NCBI GenBank assembly: GCA_010093815.1
Contig: ML996574.1
Direction: 5' to 3' (one strand)
Length of the DNA stretch: 61,345 bases
Source of the DNA: Pseudovirgaria hyperparasitica
Lineage: Eukaryota
Shown: positions 12,893-24,321 of the stretch, one piece after another
How the letters are laid out: each line of letters opens with the position of its first letter
How positions within the stretch are numbered: position 1 is the first letter of the stretch
The notes under the pieces: generated by a model
What the model was told of the DNA's origin: nothing
What the model saw: only the letters and a program-made list of their open reading frames with translations
Database searches by the model: none
Program-made: the position numbers and the translations under genes

Positions 12893-13821
12893 GCGGGGAC
12901 CTGTGGTCTTGTACCTTTGTCTTGTTATCTCCTTGTCATTCAGCGAGCGGGCGCGGCTTGTCACTTTCTACCCATGTCTTTGTGATTTCCCGTGTCATCT
13001 CAGCGAGCGAGCGCGTTTCATTTGTATTATTTTTCACGATACTTTATACCCACGTTATGAGAGAGAGGACTGGCGGCGAGCGCTAATTTTGGTAAAGGAT
13101 TCGGAATGGGACGGACGAGACCGACGCTTAGATCTCTTATTGGCGGTCTAGATATCCATTTTGGACATAGATTTGAGGCAGGACGGTACTGGCATAATTA
13201 CAAACAATCAACAAGAATCACCAACCTAACTTGATACCCATGGCCTGACCCTGGCCCTGACCCCTGACCCTGACACGTCCATACCTAGGCGATCACCGGG
13301 GCTGGTAGTAGGGGTTTATAGGCTGTTTATTGATAGGTAGATTTTAATGACCACTTATCTATATTCGCTCTAAATCTCGCACTAACATTTTTATAATAGA
13401 AAACGTTTATCAAGCGTTAATCGACCGTTGAAATAGTTTACTAACCCCTCGTTCGTCCGTCGCTATCGTACGCGTAGCCTATGATTAAGCCCGCCTATAC
13501 AATCATCTGGAAGCGCCCCCAGCTCTCTCTCTAGACCACCAAGCCTTGGTGTATATATATATATATATATATACATCTCCTTCCTCGCACGCATATTCGG
13601 CGGCCTCAAAACACGCCCATATAACTATAATCCTTCTGGCAATCTCTCGTAGCGCACCGATGATGCCTTTACTATTATAGAAAGCTACTACTTCGTCAGG
13701 CGCAGCTATGATTACTACGAACCACTGACTCACGGGCGCTCGTCGACAGTGTTATCATACAAGGGTAAGATTGTAGTAGGCCATATGGCCTGTTTAGTTA
13801 TCTGACAGAGAGCCGACTCAA

Positions 13822-14907
13822 TCACTGCCCCTCACCCTTACCATGAGCCATATACCAATCCACCGACAGACGAATGCCCTCTTGCATGCCAACCTGCGCC
13901 CGATACCCGAGCCGTTCCTTCGCCTTGGAAACATCAAAAGTGCGCGTCATCGTCACGAACCGCACCATCTTGCGGTCCATCCGCGCCGTCTTCGTCCCGA
14001 AACTGCCCAGCCACACAATCCACTCCAGGCAGACCACGACAACAAAATAAACCTGGGCTGGTATCACCCACACCGCCTCCTGCGCAACAGGATACCCCGC
14101 CGCTGCGCCAATCGCCCGGGGAACGTCCCAGAACGGCCACGGTTCGTCGTTGGTGATGTTGAATGCCTCGCCGTTGACCTTCAGGTGTGCGGCTAGGGGG
14201 TGTGCCTGCTCGCGCTCGCGCAGCAAGGCTTTCACAGCGAGGATGTGCGCGTAAGCGGCGTTGCCGGCGTACGTCCAGTCGAACAGATTAGTCCCGTCGC
14301 CAACCTGGAACCTGAGTCGGCCGGCCCGGGCGTTTTCGATATTCGTGGGGATCGTGAGCTGGTCGGCTTCGCCGAAGAGCGTGGCGGGGCGAAGCGCGGC
14401 GGTCAGGATGCCGGCTTGGCCGTTGAAGGCGAGGACGCTGCGCTCGGCGAGGGCTTTGGTGTGCGTGTAGTGCTCTTTTTGCGCGGGGGCGAGGACGTAG
14501 GGGAGGGCTTCGGTGGCGCGGACGAGATTGCTGGTGTTGTCGTGGATGACGGAGGAGCTGGAGGTGTAGATGAGGGCTTTCACTGTGCTGCTGGCATTGC
14601 GGGCGCAGTCGAGCAGGTTCGCGGTGCCGAGCACGTTGACTTTGTCGTATACTTCGTTGGGCTGGTGGTGGACGAGTCGGGGCGAGGCCGTGTTGATGAT
14701 GACGGTCGCGCCGGTCGTGCGGAGGACGTCGGTCACGGTCTCGCGCGAGACGAGGCTTCCCTCGAAGTACTGCGCCTTGTCGACGCGGTGTCTGTCGGTT
14801 CGGATGTCGAGCACGGCGACGCTGTAGCCGTTGTGCAGGCACTGTTTCACGATGTTGTAGCCGAGGCCGCCGCAGCCGCCGACGACGAGTATTGTTTCTG
14901 TTGCCAT
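13822..14907 (-). CDS. C-3 sterol dehydrogenase / 3-beta-hydroxysteroid dehydrogenase family (ERG26-like extended SDR)
   Basis: Rossmann VVGGCGGLG, INTASP, VNVLGT, YTSSSSV, catalytic YTHTK, NLFDWTYAGNAAYAH, GEAFNITND; intronless. Confidence 0.88.
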   Translation of the reverse strand: MATETILVVGGCGGLGYNIVKQCLHNGYSVAVLDIRTDRHRVDKAQYFEGSLVSRETVTDVLRTTGATVIINTASPRLVHHQPNEVYDKVNVLGTANLLDCARNASSTVKALIYTSSSSVIHDNTSNLVRATEALPYVLAPAQKEHYTHTKALAERSVLAFNGQAGILTAALRPATLFGEADQLTIPTNIENARAGRLRFQVGDGTNLFDWTYAGNAAYAHILAVKALLREREQAHPLAAHLKVNGEAFNITNDEPWPFWDVPRAIGAAAGYPVAQEAVWVIPAQVYFVVVVCLEWIVWLGSFGTKTARMDRKMVRFVTMTRTFDVSKAKERLGYRAQVGMQEGIRLSVDWYMAHGKGEGQ

Positions 14908-15973
14908 GGGCTCGACTGGAGGGCACTACTTACATTGGGTAGATGGAATTCAAGAAAGAAAGATTTGCGAACGGAGGGTCTTTGAGGATTGGAGGGCTTT
15001 GTTATTATAGGGTAGTTGGTTATAGTAAGGTTTCCAAAAATGCGGGGGTCACTACGCCCTGTAACCGTACGCCGCCCGCACGCCGCCTGTGCCTCTTAGT
15101 TAACTAACTAACTGACCTCTCGACAGACAGACACTACGGAGTGAAAACCACTGGCATTTGTCTAAACCCGGGCCCTTGCACAACACTAGGATAGATATCA
15201 CAGCTTAGCTCTAATTAAAACACCATGTGGTGAGACGGGGGAAGGGTGAAGTGAATGCGACTTCTTGCCTCGGGGCTCAAACAAACCTCGTCAAAATTGA
15301 AAGCCTTTTCCTCTTTCGTAGATACTTTTTTGTTCGAGGTGATTAATTAGTGTTATTCTCTCCATGTGTCAAGGTCCGTTGGGGGCATACTGATATGAAA
15401 TTTCAAACCATGTACTTACCTGAATCGCGGCATTGTATTAGTATGTCCCTACTACTATCTTGGAGAAGTGATGATAACTGCATAGCGAGCGGGCAACACT
15501 CATTGTAACAAGCGCTGCAAGGAGATTCAGGCAAAGACTAGTATTTGTAGGGGGGGGAGAGCGACTAAGGACATGTTTGCTGCCCGGTAGATTTGAAACC
15601 GTTACGTATATGGTATGGGGACCAGGGTATAGAAAACGAAACCGAAAATAGATAGAATATCGCGTGGGGCCGATTGACCTTGAAAGAGCCTGTGGTGAAA
15701 TAAAAATGGGGTTACTTTAACTAGTAAGTATCTTATCCTAAAAATAGGATAAGACTAATCGAAAACCAGCGGACGTGGTCCCGAAGAATTACCCGAATCT
15801 CGCGCTGCGAAGCGCGACTCTTTGTTTTATGGTCGCGTCTGCGAAAAACATCGGGGTCAACATATGTCACCACATTCTTTTCAGTAGCCCATTTTCATCG
15901 ACACACAAGGCCTTCGCAGTCTTGATCTTGTCTTCACCAGTGTGGGTCATCATTACCACTCGTCGCGCCACCA

Positions 15974-17732
15974 ATGCCACCAAAGAAGTCGAACGCTGCG
16001 AAAGCAGCTGCAAAGCCGCAGGTCACCGCTCGAAAGCCTCCTACGCGAGGAGACAAGGCGCAAGCAAAAGCCTCAGAGACTGTTTCAAAGGCTATAAAGA
16101 ATGCAAAAAAAAGGTATTATTTTTGTTTTTGGACTTATCTTTTATTGCTTTCTATCTCATTCGTCGCACCCTGTCAGTCAAACTTTGAAACCCTATGCTG
16201 ACCTGGGCCATAGATGCTGCTGTAGCTACAAAGCCCAGTCAAGCGAGTCGCAAACGAACACACCAGGAAAGCGATACTGATACTGTTCAACCTGAAGTGG
16301 TCGTAAAGAAACCCAGGGCCCAGAAGACCACGGCACTCAAAAGAGCAATAAGGTCCACAACGAACAACGGAATTGTAATTAACACGGCACCCTCACGCAT
16401 TCTGAAGATCTTTTCCGTTGGAGAGGCCAGCGAGGGCGAGCTTGGTCTAGGTCCTGATGTCAAGCAGGCCAAACGACCGAAGCTCAACCCATACCTGTCA
16501 CCGGAGTCTGTAGGCGTTGTCCAGATTGCAGTTGGAGGCATGCACGCGCTTGCACTCACACGCGATAACAAAATCTACTCCTGGGGCGTTAATGACACGG
16601 GGGCATTGGGACGTGACACGAAGTGGGAAGGCAATCTCGCTGATGCCGACGCGCCTGATTCGGATAGCGAAAATGCACCCATGAATCCCCTCGAGTCGAC
16701 TCCCACCCCAATACCTTCGAACCATTTCCCAGACAGTGTTCTTTTTACTCAAATAGCAGCCGGTGACAGTTCGAGTTTCGCAATAACCGACGATGGGCGA
16801 GTTTATGGATGGGGTACCTTTCGTGACAGCGAGGGCAACAATGGATTTATGCTCGACGCGAATCATCAACTAGTTGAACACCAAAGAACTCCTATCTTGA
16901 TTCCGACACTCGATCGCATCACCCAGATTGCTTGTGGTGCTGATCATGCTATTGCTTTAGATAACACTGGCAAGGTGTTTGCCTGGGGTCGTGGCGAGCA
17001 AAGTCAGCTAGGTCGTCGCTTGTTACGCCGACGAAATATTAAGAGCTTGATACCTACAAGAGTTGTCATTGGACGTAAGAAGGCTGCTGCAATTGGATGT
17101 GGCTCATATCACTCCTTTGCTATCGACACAGAGGGCGACGTTTGGTCATGGGGCCTGAACAGTTTCGGAGAGGCAGGATTTCCTGTTGACCCTGATGATA
17201 GTAGCACACATGTTATTATGGTTCCAGGGAGAGTGAAGAGTGCTATTGGCAAGAATATAAAGAGTGTTGACGGTGGCGCACATCATAGCGTAGGCTTGAC
17301 CTCTGGGGGCGAGTGTATTGTCTGGGGAAGAGCAGACGTAGGTCAGACAGGACTTGACCTGAGTGTATTACCTGAAGAGAGCGTTGTGCGAGACTTCAGA
17401 GGCAATATTCGGATTGTCGCCAATGCCACCGTGGTACCAGGTAATAGTGCCTCACAAACAGGCTACGAGAGTCTCAAGCATGCAAAAAACTAACAGGCGT
17501 TTTAGGTCTCGACGTGGTTTCAGTTGCCGCTGGTTCTGACCATACCGTAATCATCTCGAAATCAGGAATAGCGTATGCCTGCGGCTTCAACGCAACATTC
17601 CAAACAGGCCTCGGTGGCGGTAAAGATGAGATAGAGCGAGTCACTGCAGTGGAATGCCCTTCTCTCAAGGACGTACATCTCGTATCTGCAGGCTGTGGTG
17701 GCCAGTTTTCCATTTTTGCTGCCGACTTGTGA
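15974..17732 (+). CDS. RCC1 / Pim1-like Ran GEF beta-propeller protein; intron 17441-17505; first intron (donor 16114) has an uncertain acceptor
   Basis: RCC1 repeats VVQIAVGGMHALAL, YSWGVNDTGALGR, QIACGADHAIAL, WGRGEQSQLGR, VAAGSDHT, AGCGGQFS; basic N-terminal exon MPPKK. Confidence 0.85.
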
Positions 17733-20704
17733 TACGGGGCGGGCATCGGGGTCTGTCAGTACGACGCTCAACATTTTCAGGAGTTTCCAAAAGCATCATC
17801 GCCTAACTTTCGGCTCCCCAGGTAAACATCTCTTTGCAGACAGACTATCGTGAAGGTCTCTGATTCGACTCTCGATGGCTTTTTGATGAAAGCCTTGGCA
17901 CGGTTGTTGACCTGTAATGCTGCCGCGTGCTTGTCCTGGGCTGCTTTTCAACCGTTGACGTGGCGGGCCATCTTTCGGCTGGAGTCACCCGCATTGTACA
18001 AAGAAAGGTAGGGAACTAGAAAAGGCTAAATTGGGGAAGGGTGACAGATTCTTGCTCGGCAATGAGTCGAGATACATCTTGGACTTGCGCTCCGCGACGA
18101 ATACATACATCTGCAGCTGATATCATACGTGCGTACGGCGTTGGTTTCCAGCATGAACCAACATAGACGCGCGCGACGAGACGAAGAGGACCGTCCTCCT
18201 ATCAATCGCCTGGAATTATTGTGATTGTGCATGGTAGCGCTGTATTGTGGGCAATGGTACGTTTCAGAAACAGCCAAATCACGCACTAGTATTGGCGGTT
18301 CGAAGTCTGTCCTAAAGACTCGCGGAAGACACCTACACAGACATGTCTCATGTTAAAGTCAGCATGGAGTTTTGCCGTAATCATTGGTGCTAGCTAAGAG
18401 GATGATCGGTGACGAGGAAGAAAGAGCCCACGCAGCGTCTTAGCCCCTTGCTCGCATACTCGCTAACCTAAAGTATTATTATATTAGCAAGCCCACCCGC
18501 GCAGCGTCTTCTGAGTAACCGCCCATGTAGGAATTTGAACCAATCAAATATCGGCATATGGGATTTTTCCTACTCGTGAAGGCAATGCTTGCAGGCTCGT
18601 TCTCGCGTGTGGGGTGGTCTTTTACTTCGTTTCGATCATACGGACCTATATGATTCTATGACATGACAGGTGCTGGGTAGTACCTTTCCTGTTTTGGTTA
18701 GCTTGAACCGTTGGTGATGGAAAACCACTCTTACCAAGTCCTCTGCTGATGGGCACCCACCATGATTCACCTCTAGAGTTGTAGATATAGAGTCTGCCGT
18801 TATGAATGGATTGCAACGAAAAAACATCGGCGCTATAGAGTTTGTGGAACTTGTCCCCCCTTTCCTTTCCTAAAATAATTCAATCCTTGCCTTTCAGAAA
18901 TTTTCGTTTGAGGGCGCGCCGTTGAGTTTTTGCCAATTCTGTGCTGTAGTAGGCCATCGTTGCAGATAGATCGATGTGTTGGCATCTGAAAGCACAGTCT
19001 TATGCAGCTCCTCCGTTGCGTCATATGTGGGTCGCGATCTTCGCAACGCAATGCATAGGCACGACCGTGGGAGGCTGTCGACGTGACGAAAGTCAGTCAC
19101 TTGCAGAACTTACAAGTAAGTTTAGAGGCATGTATGTGCATGATGAGCACAATTGCATGTCAGCGATGTAACGAGATCGTCTTTACATTTTTTTCGAAAG
19201 AGTAATTAGCCTTGAGGAAAACCGAGGTAATTACCATTCTGGGCCGTCGATAAATACGTTCTGATCACTCTCCAGGCAGGGTCTTCAACCATACATACAG
19301 TATCTGAAATGGAACAGGTTGTGGTCCGATGCTGCTAGGAAGGAAAAGCCATCCATGAACTCATCCCGTGCCACCGCCCCCGGCTGGGCGCTTATATACT
19401 GAAACTTCATGTAACGAATTTGACATGCACTCAGTAAAAGTCATTGGATTGGGAGTGGCTTGAAAACAGAACTTATAATCAAGATTACTGACACTGAACA
19501 ATACAATACAATGCAACACTTCCATCGTAGTCAATGAAACTGCCTTTAAAGATGACCTGTGCAAAACTTCCTGCCAGGAAACCTTGGGAGCGCAACCATT
19601 CCGGGAGAGGCTTCCAAGGAATTCGAATCATCACAGTATACAAACTTCAACCAGCCCACAATCCTGTCTCCAGTACCACCAGCGTTTCCACAAATGCATC
19701 ACGTGTCCTCACAGCCAGGCTCGAAAATGAACCTTCACCTGCTCTTTAGCAAGTGTCGGATTCAACATCATATTCGCGGGAGGTCTTTCTCCCGTGTCCA
19801 CCCCGCTCGTTGTAAGCAGTAAGTACTCTCGAGATACGGCCGGTTATCTGCCGCTTTTCCTTTCCGGTCCATTGGTTGGTCGTTCGTCTGATCCCAAAAT
19901 CGACGATCATGAATCCCAGTAATGTGTATGCGGGCATTCACGAAGGCGCAGATCGCGTCGAGAGCTTAACATGTCGTTCAGCCGTTATGGACGGGCTTGC
20001 ATCACACAACACTTTTTCTTGAGAGTGCTCTGCGGTATTTGCGATCTGCTTCACCGATACATGGCCATGGTCTTCGGCGGGCTGCCGGACCAAGCTCGCC
20101 GATTCTTTCTTTCTTTATGTTCCGCGCTGCGAAGGTGAATCTTGTAGATATTGTACGTGTTGCAAAGAAGGGGGATACACATGGCTTGCAGTAGAGCTCC
20201 TTGGATCAGCTACTCCTCTTTCGTTCTCTTGCGACAGGCCTTCGGGGCGGGACGCAATTGGCTGACCGAACGCGTAGGGGATTAGATCATCAAACAGTCT
20301 ACGCCATCGTCCTGCCTAGTCATAAGGCCATCGTTCGATTCAGTTTGATCGTTGCAGAGTAGGCTCGATGTGGTATCAGCAGCCCCGTGATCAGTCTTGG
20401 ACATGCTGTAGATCGACCTCTCCAGAGGCGGACACGTGCTCCTGCTCTGGCGAAGCCCACCGATCCTTGTCGAATCTCCTGGACAGCGGTGTTGGGCTCA
20501 AAAACAGAAGACATGTCGTCAAGCCCTGCGTTGGTACACACTGGGGGTCCTTTTTCCGAAGCTCGCGTGGTCGCCGAAGACAAGCTCATTGAACTCCTGG
20601 AGGCTACCTGGAATGTCGTCGGAGGTGACTTGGGGAGGAACCAAGACCAGAATGATTATCAGAGTCAAAGAGACTGTTATCATGATCATCGAGGTCGTCC
20701 GACA

Positions 20705-20723
20705 GGGGGGGGGGGGGGGGGGG
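20705..20723. repeat. G19 homopolymer
   Basis: 19 consecutive G. Confidence 0.95.
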
Positions 20724-22645
20724 AGATTGGTTCGAGCTGGCTCTGGGATGGAAACTCGCAACTATCAATAGCAACCAAATCGACGAATTCGTCGGCAAAG
20801 GTCTTGGTGGCTGCAGGGGAGGGGGGAAAGTCGTTCGAACACAAGACGAGTCTTTCCTGGACGTACTGCATGTTCATCATGTATAGAGAGGTTGTACACG
20901 TGACGACGAGTCGATGGAATTGTGTGAGAGGAAAGAAGAGGAAGAAAGCGAGAGGACAGCAGGAGGGACTGGCTGCAGTTTATATGCTGCGCGAGCTTAT
21001 TGAGCACGTGTTGCAGCTAGCATGTCGTCGAATTCGCATGGAGTTCCCATGGCTCCAGGATGGGCTTAGATGCGGTATGGCAATCCTACCCGATGTCGAT
21101 TCGAGGCTATGATACGTGGAACGGAGAAGAGCGCTTGCATTTCCGAAGAAAGATAATCCTATCGGCGCGGTACTAGTGGAGGCTATGCTGGCAATCGTCT
21201 TCTACGAATGGCATAATCTCCCTCGGTGACTTGCATGTTGGCTGAAGGTGAAGGTTCCGATTCGGGAGAACGCCTCGTTGGCAGTGCTGATCGATCGTAG
21301 ACCTGGTACATTTAGAAACTCCGACCTTTGGATATCTAGTTGGAAAGGAGTGTGGTCAATAAGACATCCATCCAAATGCCTCCCGGCTATAAAATTAGCC
21401 TGTTGGTATCGATCAAATCATCAAAGCTTCTTCCCTGGCAGTTGACGAAGTGCCCTTGCCCAATGCCTCTCTTTACTTATACAAAAGATTCTGTGATGTC
21501 GCGGATGTAGTTTAAGATGTAGTTTAAGATGTAGTTGACAAAGGACCTGCAGTGCTGGACCCAGTTGATGGTGATACCTCATTGACCGGAAGGCTTGAGC
21601 AACCATGAGCCGCGCTGCGTCTACCTCTTCAATCTTCAGGGGCACTTCAATGGATTTGCGTCTTCCTTTGAGCCGCCGTCTTTGAGTTCGTGAAGGGGGC
21701 AGCAGGGGTAGATTGTGGCCGAATCTGGCAATCGCGCTGGGAACATGGACATGTTGCATGGCTCTTCGGGTTTCGAGAGTTGGGCTCCCCTCCCATTCAG
21801 CCTTCTCCGAAGAATGAAGACGAAGTGCCTCGAGCCTGCAGTTCTAATCTCGTTTCCGATAACAGCTAGTCTGCCGTTGCGTCATCATTAGCGCTAGAAG
21901 AGCCCGTACGGCCATCCGGTGCCATGCGGGCTGCAAGAAGGGCCTGCTACCATTGGCCGGTAGGAGTTCCCTGCATAGCGGCATGATGGCGGGTAGAAGT
22001 GGGCCTTTCCGAAAAGCGGGACCCCAAACTCGGGAAAGCGATAGGCGGTAGGGCGCCGAGGATCAGCGAGCCCGCGCGGGCGATTAAGGAGAACGGGCGC
22101 CATTGTTGCCAAGGCTGCTTATGTCAAGGGTCATGAATGGTTACGCATTCAACATCGTCTCTGCATGCAATTATGGGAATCAATTGCTTGTAAGTTGTAT
22201 CCAACCGTCGGAAGTAGTCATTGATAGAGAACACACCCTATACATCTACATTACCAATTTCTGTCTCAGCCGCTGTAATGATAGGCTGATATAGGTGGCT
22301 TGTCTTGTGAATTGGGTGGATGAATCAAGCTTAGTGTAAATCAATTATCTACCAATCCTTCTCCGACGATGGGGCAGAAGATAAGGGGAATGGGAAGGCA
22401 GGTTGGAGTAGATGGTAAGGGATATACTGTTCGTTATACTTCTGAGTGGAGAAGTAGTCGTAGCACAGACGATCGAAAATTGTTAAGAGATATTAGGACG
22501 CCAAACGGTCAGTAATGAAAGATGGTCAACTTCGCTTCTCGCTCTTCTTGCTCTCTACCGAACAGTGTACAGTTTGCCAGACTCCACATCAACGATTATC
22601 AGCCCTTCTGTCGTCACCCATTGTACGTCCCATTTGTTTGTCTTT

Positions 22646-23401
22646 TGGGTCCATTTCACGCAGATGTCCTTGCCCAAAAACGCTCTAGTCGGGGATGTTG
22701 CATAGGTACCGCTCCCTGAGAGAGCTTTGTGCGATTCCAGATCTCCTGGATGTCTTACTATCACCACATGTCCCTACTTTCCAGGACAAATCGTTCGCTT
22801 TCATAAATTCTACTTCCCGGACGTCTTACCCGGGCCAGGGCCTGCTAGTTCCGGCCCAAGATTTTGCTCTAGCTTCGTGTTGCCTTCGACGAGATCGTGT
22901 AGGAATTCGCATGTTTCAAGGATGACCGTTGTTTGGCTTGGCTTTGTATCCATTAAAGCAGGAACAAGATCACGAATCATTGACAAATTCTTCCCGATGA
23001 TGGTGCGTCGGCGTTGCTCCGATTCGTTGTGATTCTGCCACCGCTGTTCTTCAGTGAGCTTGACTAAGATTCTTGATAAGTGGTGGAGGTATTCGACAAG
23101 GCCAAGTCGGATCCAGATTGGAGGGGTAGCGAAGACAGGCTCTGGCCAGAGGTTTCTGGCCTGAAGAATGGCTCTGCAGACTCATGGGTTGTTCTCTTAG
23201 ATTCGAAAGAGACGTCAGGTTGCGCAAGTGCAAGTTTGCTTGCGTTTCCACCCGTATCCAACCCGAGATCAACCTCCCAATCTAGAGGCACAGCGTGGTC
23301 GAAGCTCGTCCCCACGAAAGACGAATCATCCACGTCACCTGGGTCCATTTCACGCAAATATCCCTGTCCAAAAACGATCCAATATGGAATGTTGCATAGG
23401 T
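22646..23401. repeat. Diverged direct repeat pair: 22646-22707 and 23340-23401 (52/62 identical)
   Basis: Manual alignment of tgggtccatttcacgca...atgttgcataggt at both positions. Confidence 0.9.
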
Positions 23402-23744
23402 GTTCTTCTAGAAACTCCAGCTTAGTAGATGAAATGCTCGTCCGATACCGTTCTTCATCCATCATGAAGCTGACAGCAATTTCAGTCTGGTTGCAACCAA
23501 GAACAGTCAAGCCCTTGAGTCCGTCAGCTCAGCTCTACGTTATCAAGTTTTGTATGCTTACGTGCTTTGCTACACTGAGTAGTCCCTCCTTCGAGACCTC
23601 CCTAAAGTTCCTTTCTTGTGTGAAGAGACACCAGTCCGTAACAGAAGCTAACTCGTCCCAGTCCCATTTATATGCGTCTTGGTGTGTGCTGCAAACGTCG
23701 AGCCATAGTTTTCTATCCCACGAGTCCCTAAAGATGGTCTCCAT
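22810..23744 (-). pseudogene. Spliced gene (intron 23514-23561) with an out-of-frame C-terminal INO4-like bHLH domain; probable frameshift pseudogene
   Basis: ATG at 23744 (METIFRD...); GTAAGC...AAG intron joins AKH/GLTVLG; this frame stops at 23064. Another frame reads LTEEQRWQNHNESEQRRRTIIGKNLSMIRDLVPALMDTKPSQTTVILETCEFLHDLVEGNTKLEQ to TAG at 22810. Confidence 0.6.
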
Positions 23745-24321
23745 TTTTGGCAGCGTTTGGATAGCAGGGGGATACTTTGTGGTAGAATAACGGAGGAGGA
23801 GTATCTTCCGAACCAACATCAGGAAGACGGCACCAGCAGGAGCACCTCGCCCTCCTTTTATACACGAGTATGGCTAAGACTGCGAACTCGAAATGGCTAC
23901 TGCATGGCGTTCCCAACGCAAGGACATGCAGGTGTCACGTATTCAGCTTGTTTCACTATCAGGGAAGAGAAGGACAGCACGCTACTGGAATCGGCGCACA
24001 TGCACAATAAAACTATAACGCGGATCATACGAATCTGGAAAAAGGAACGATCCACCACCCTGGCGCCTCCACCCTGTTTGCTTCATGCTTTTCTCTCCCG
24101 CTTAATGTCAAACGATATACACTTCCTAGAATGGAATAGTTATCAGGGCACGTGAGGGCTTGGCAAAGACTTATATATACCCTCCCTCCTAGGGACGCTT
24201 CAATAGGACAATGATCAATTCTCCTTCTCACAAAAACCACGCTTGAGTACTGTTTGGCACTTAACCCTGACCATCCACTGATCTACGCTTTCTATCGCTG
24301 CTCTAGATGACTGCATGTTCT

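Noticed and set aside
5015..14985. Long antisense or alternate-frame ORFs (5015-5737, 11534-12109, 12200-12964, 12409-13086, 14200-14985)
   Set aside because: Shadow ORFs caused by high GC3 in real genes; no motifs.
15413..15560. U1 snRNA-like start TACTTACCTG, an 8-bp inverted repeat (CCTGAATC/GATTCAGG) and a downstream ATTTGTAG plus G-run
   Set aside because: Lacks the conserved U1 loop I (GATCA.GAAG) and loop II (ATTGCAC); the 10-mer is also simply the complement of a splice-donor consensus. An Infernal RF00003 scan would settle it.
18515..18600. T-loop-like GGTTCAAATTCC on the minus strand
   Set aside because: No acceptor stem, D arm or anticodon arm can be folded; not a tRNA.
20320..22112. 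ORFs 20387-21112, 21421-21759 and 21894-22112
   Set aside because: No recognisable motifs; interrupted by stops and a G19 run; at most unidentifiable gene debris.
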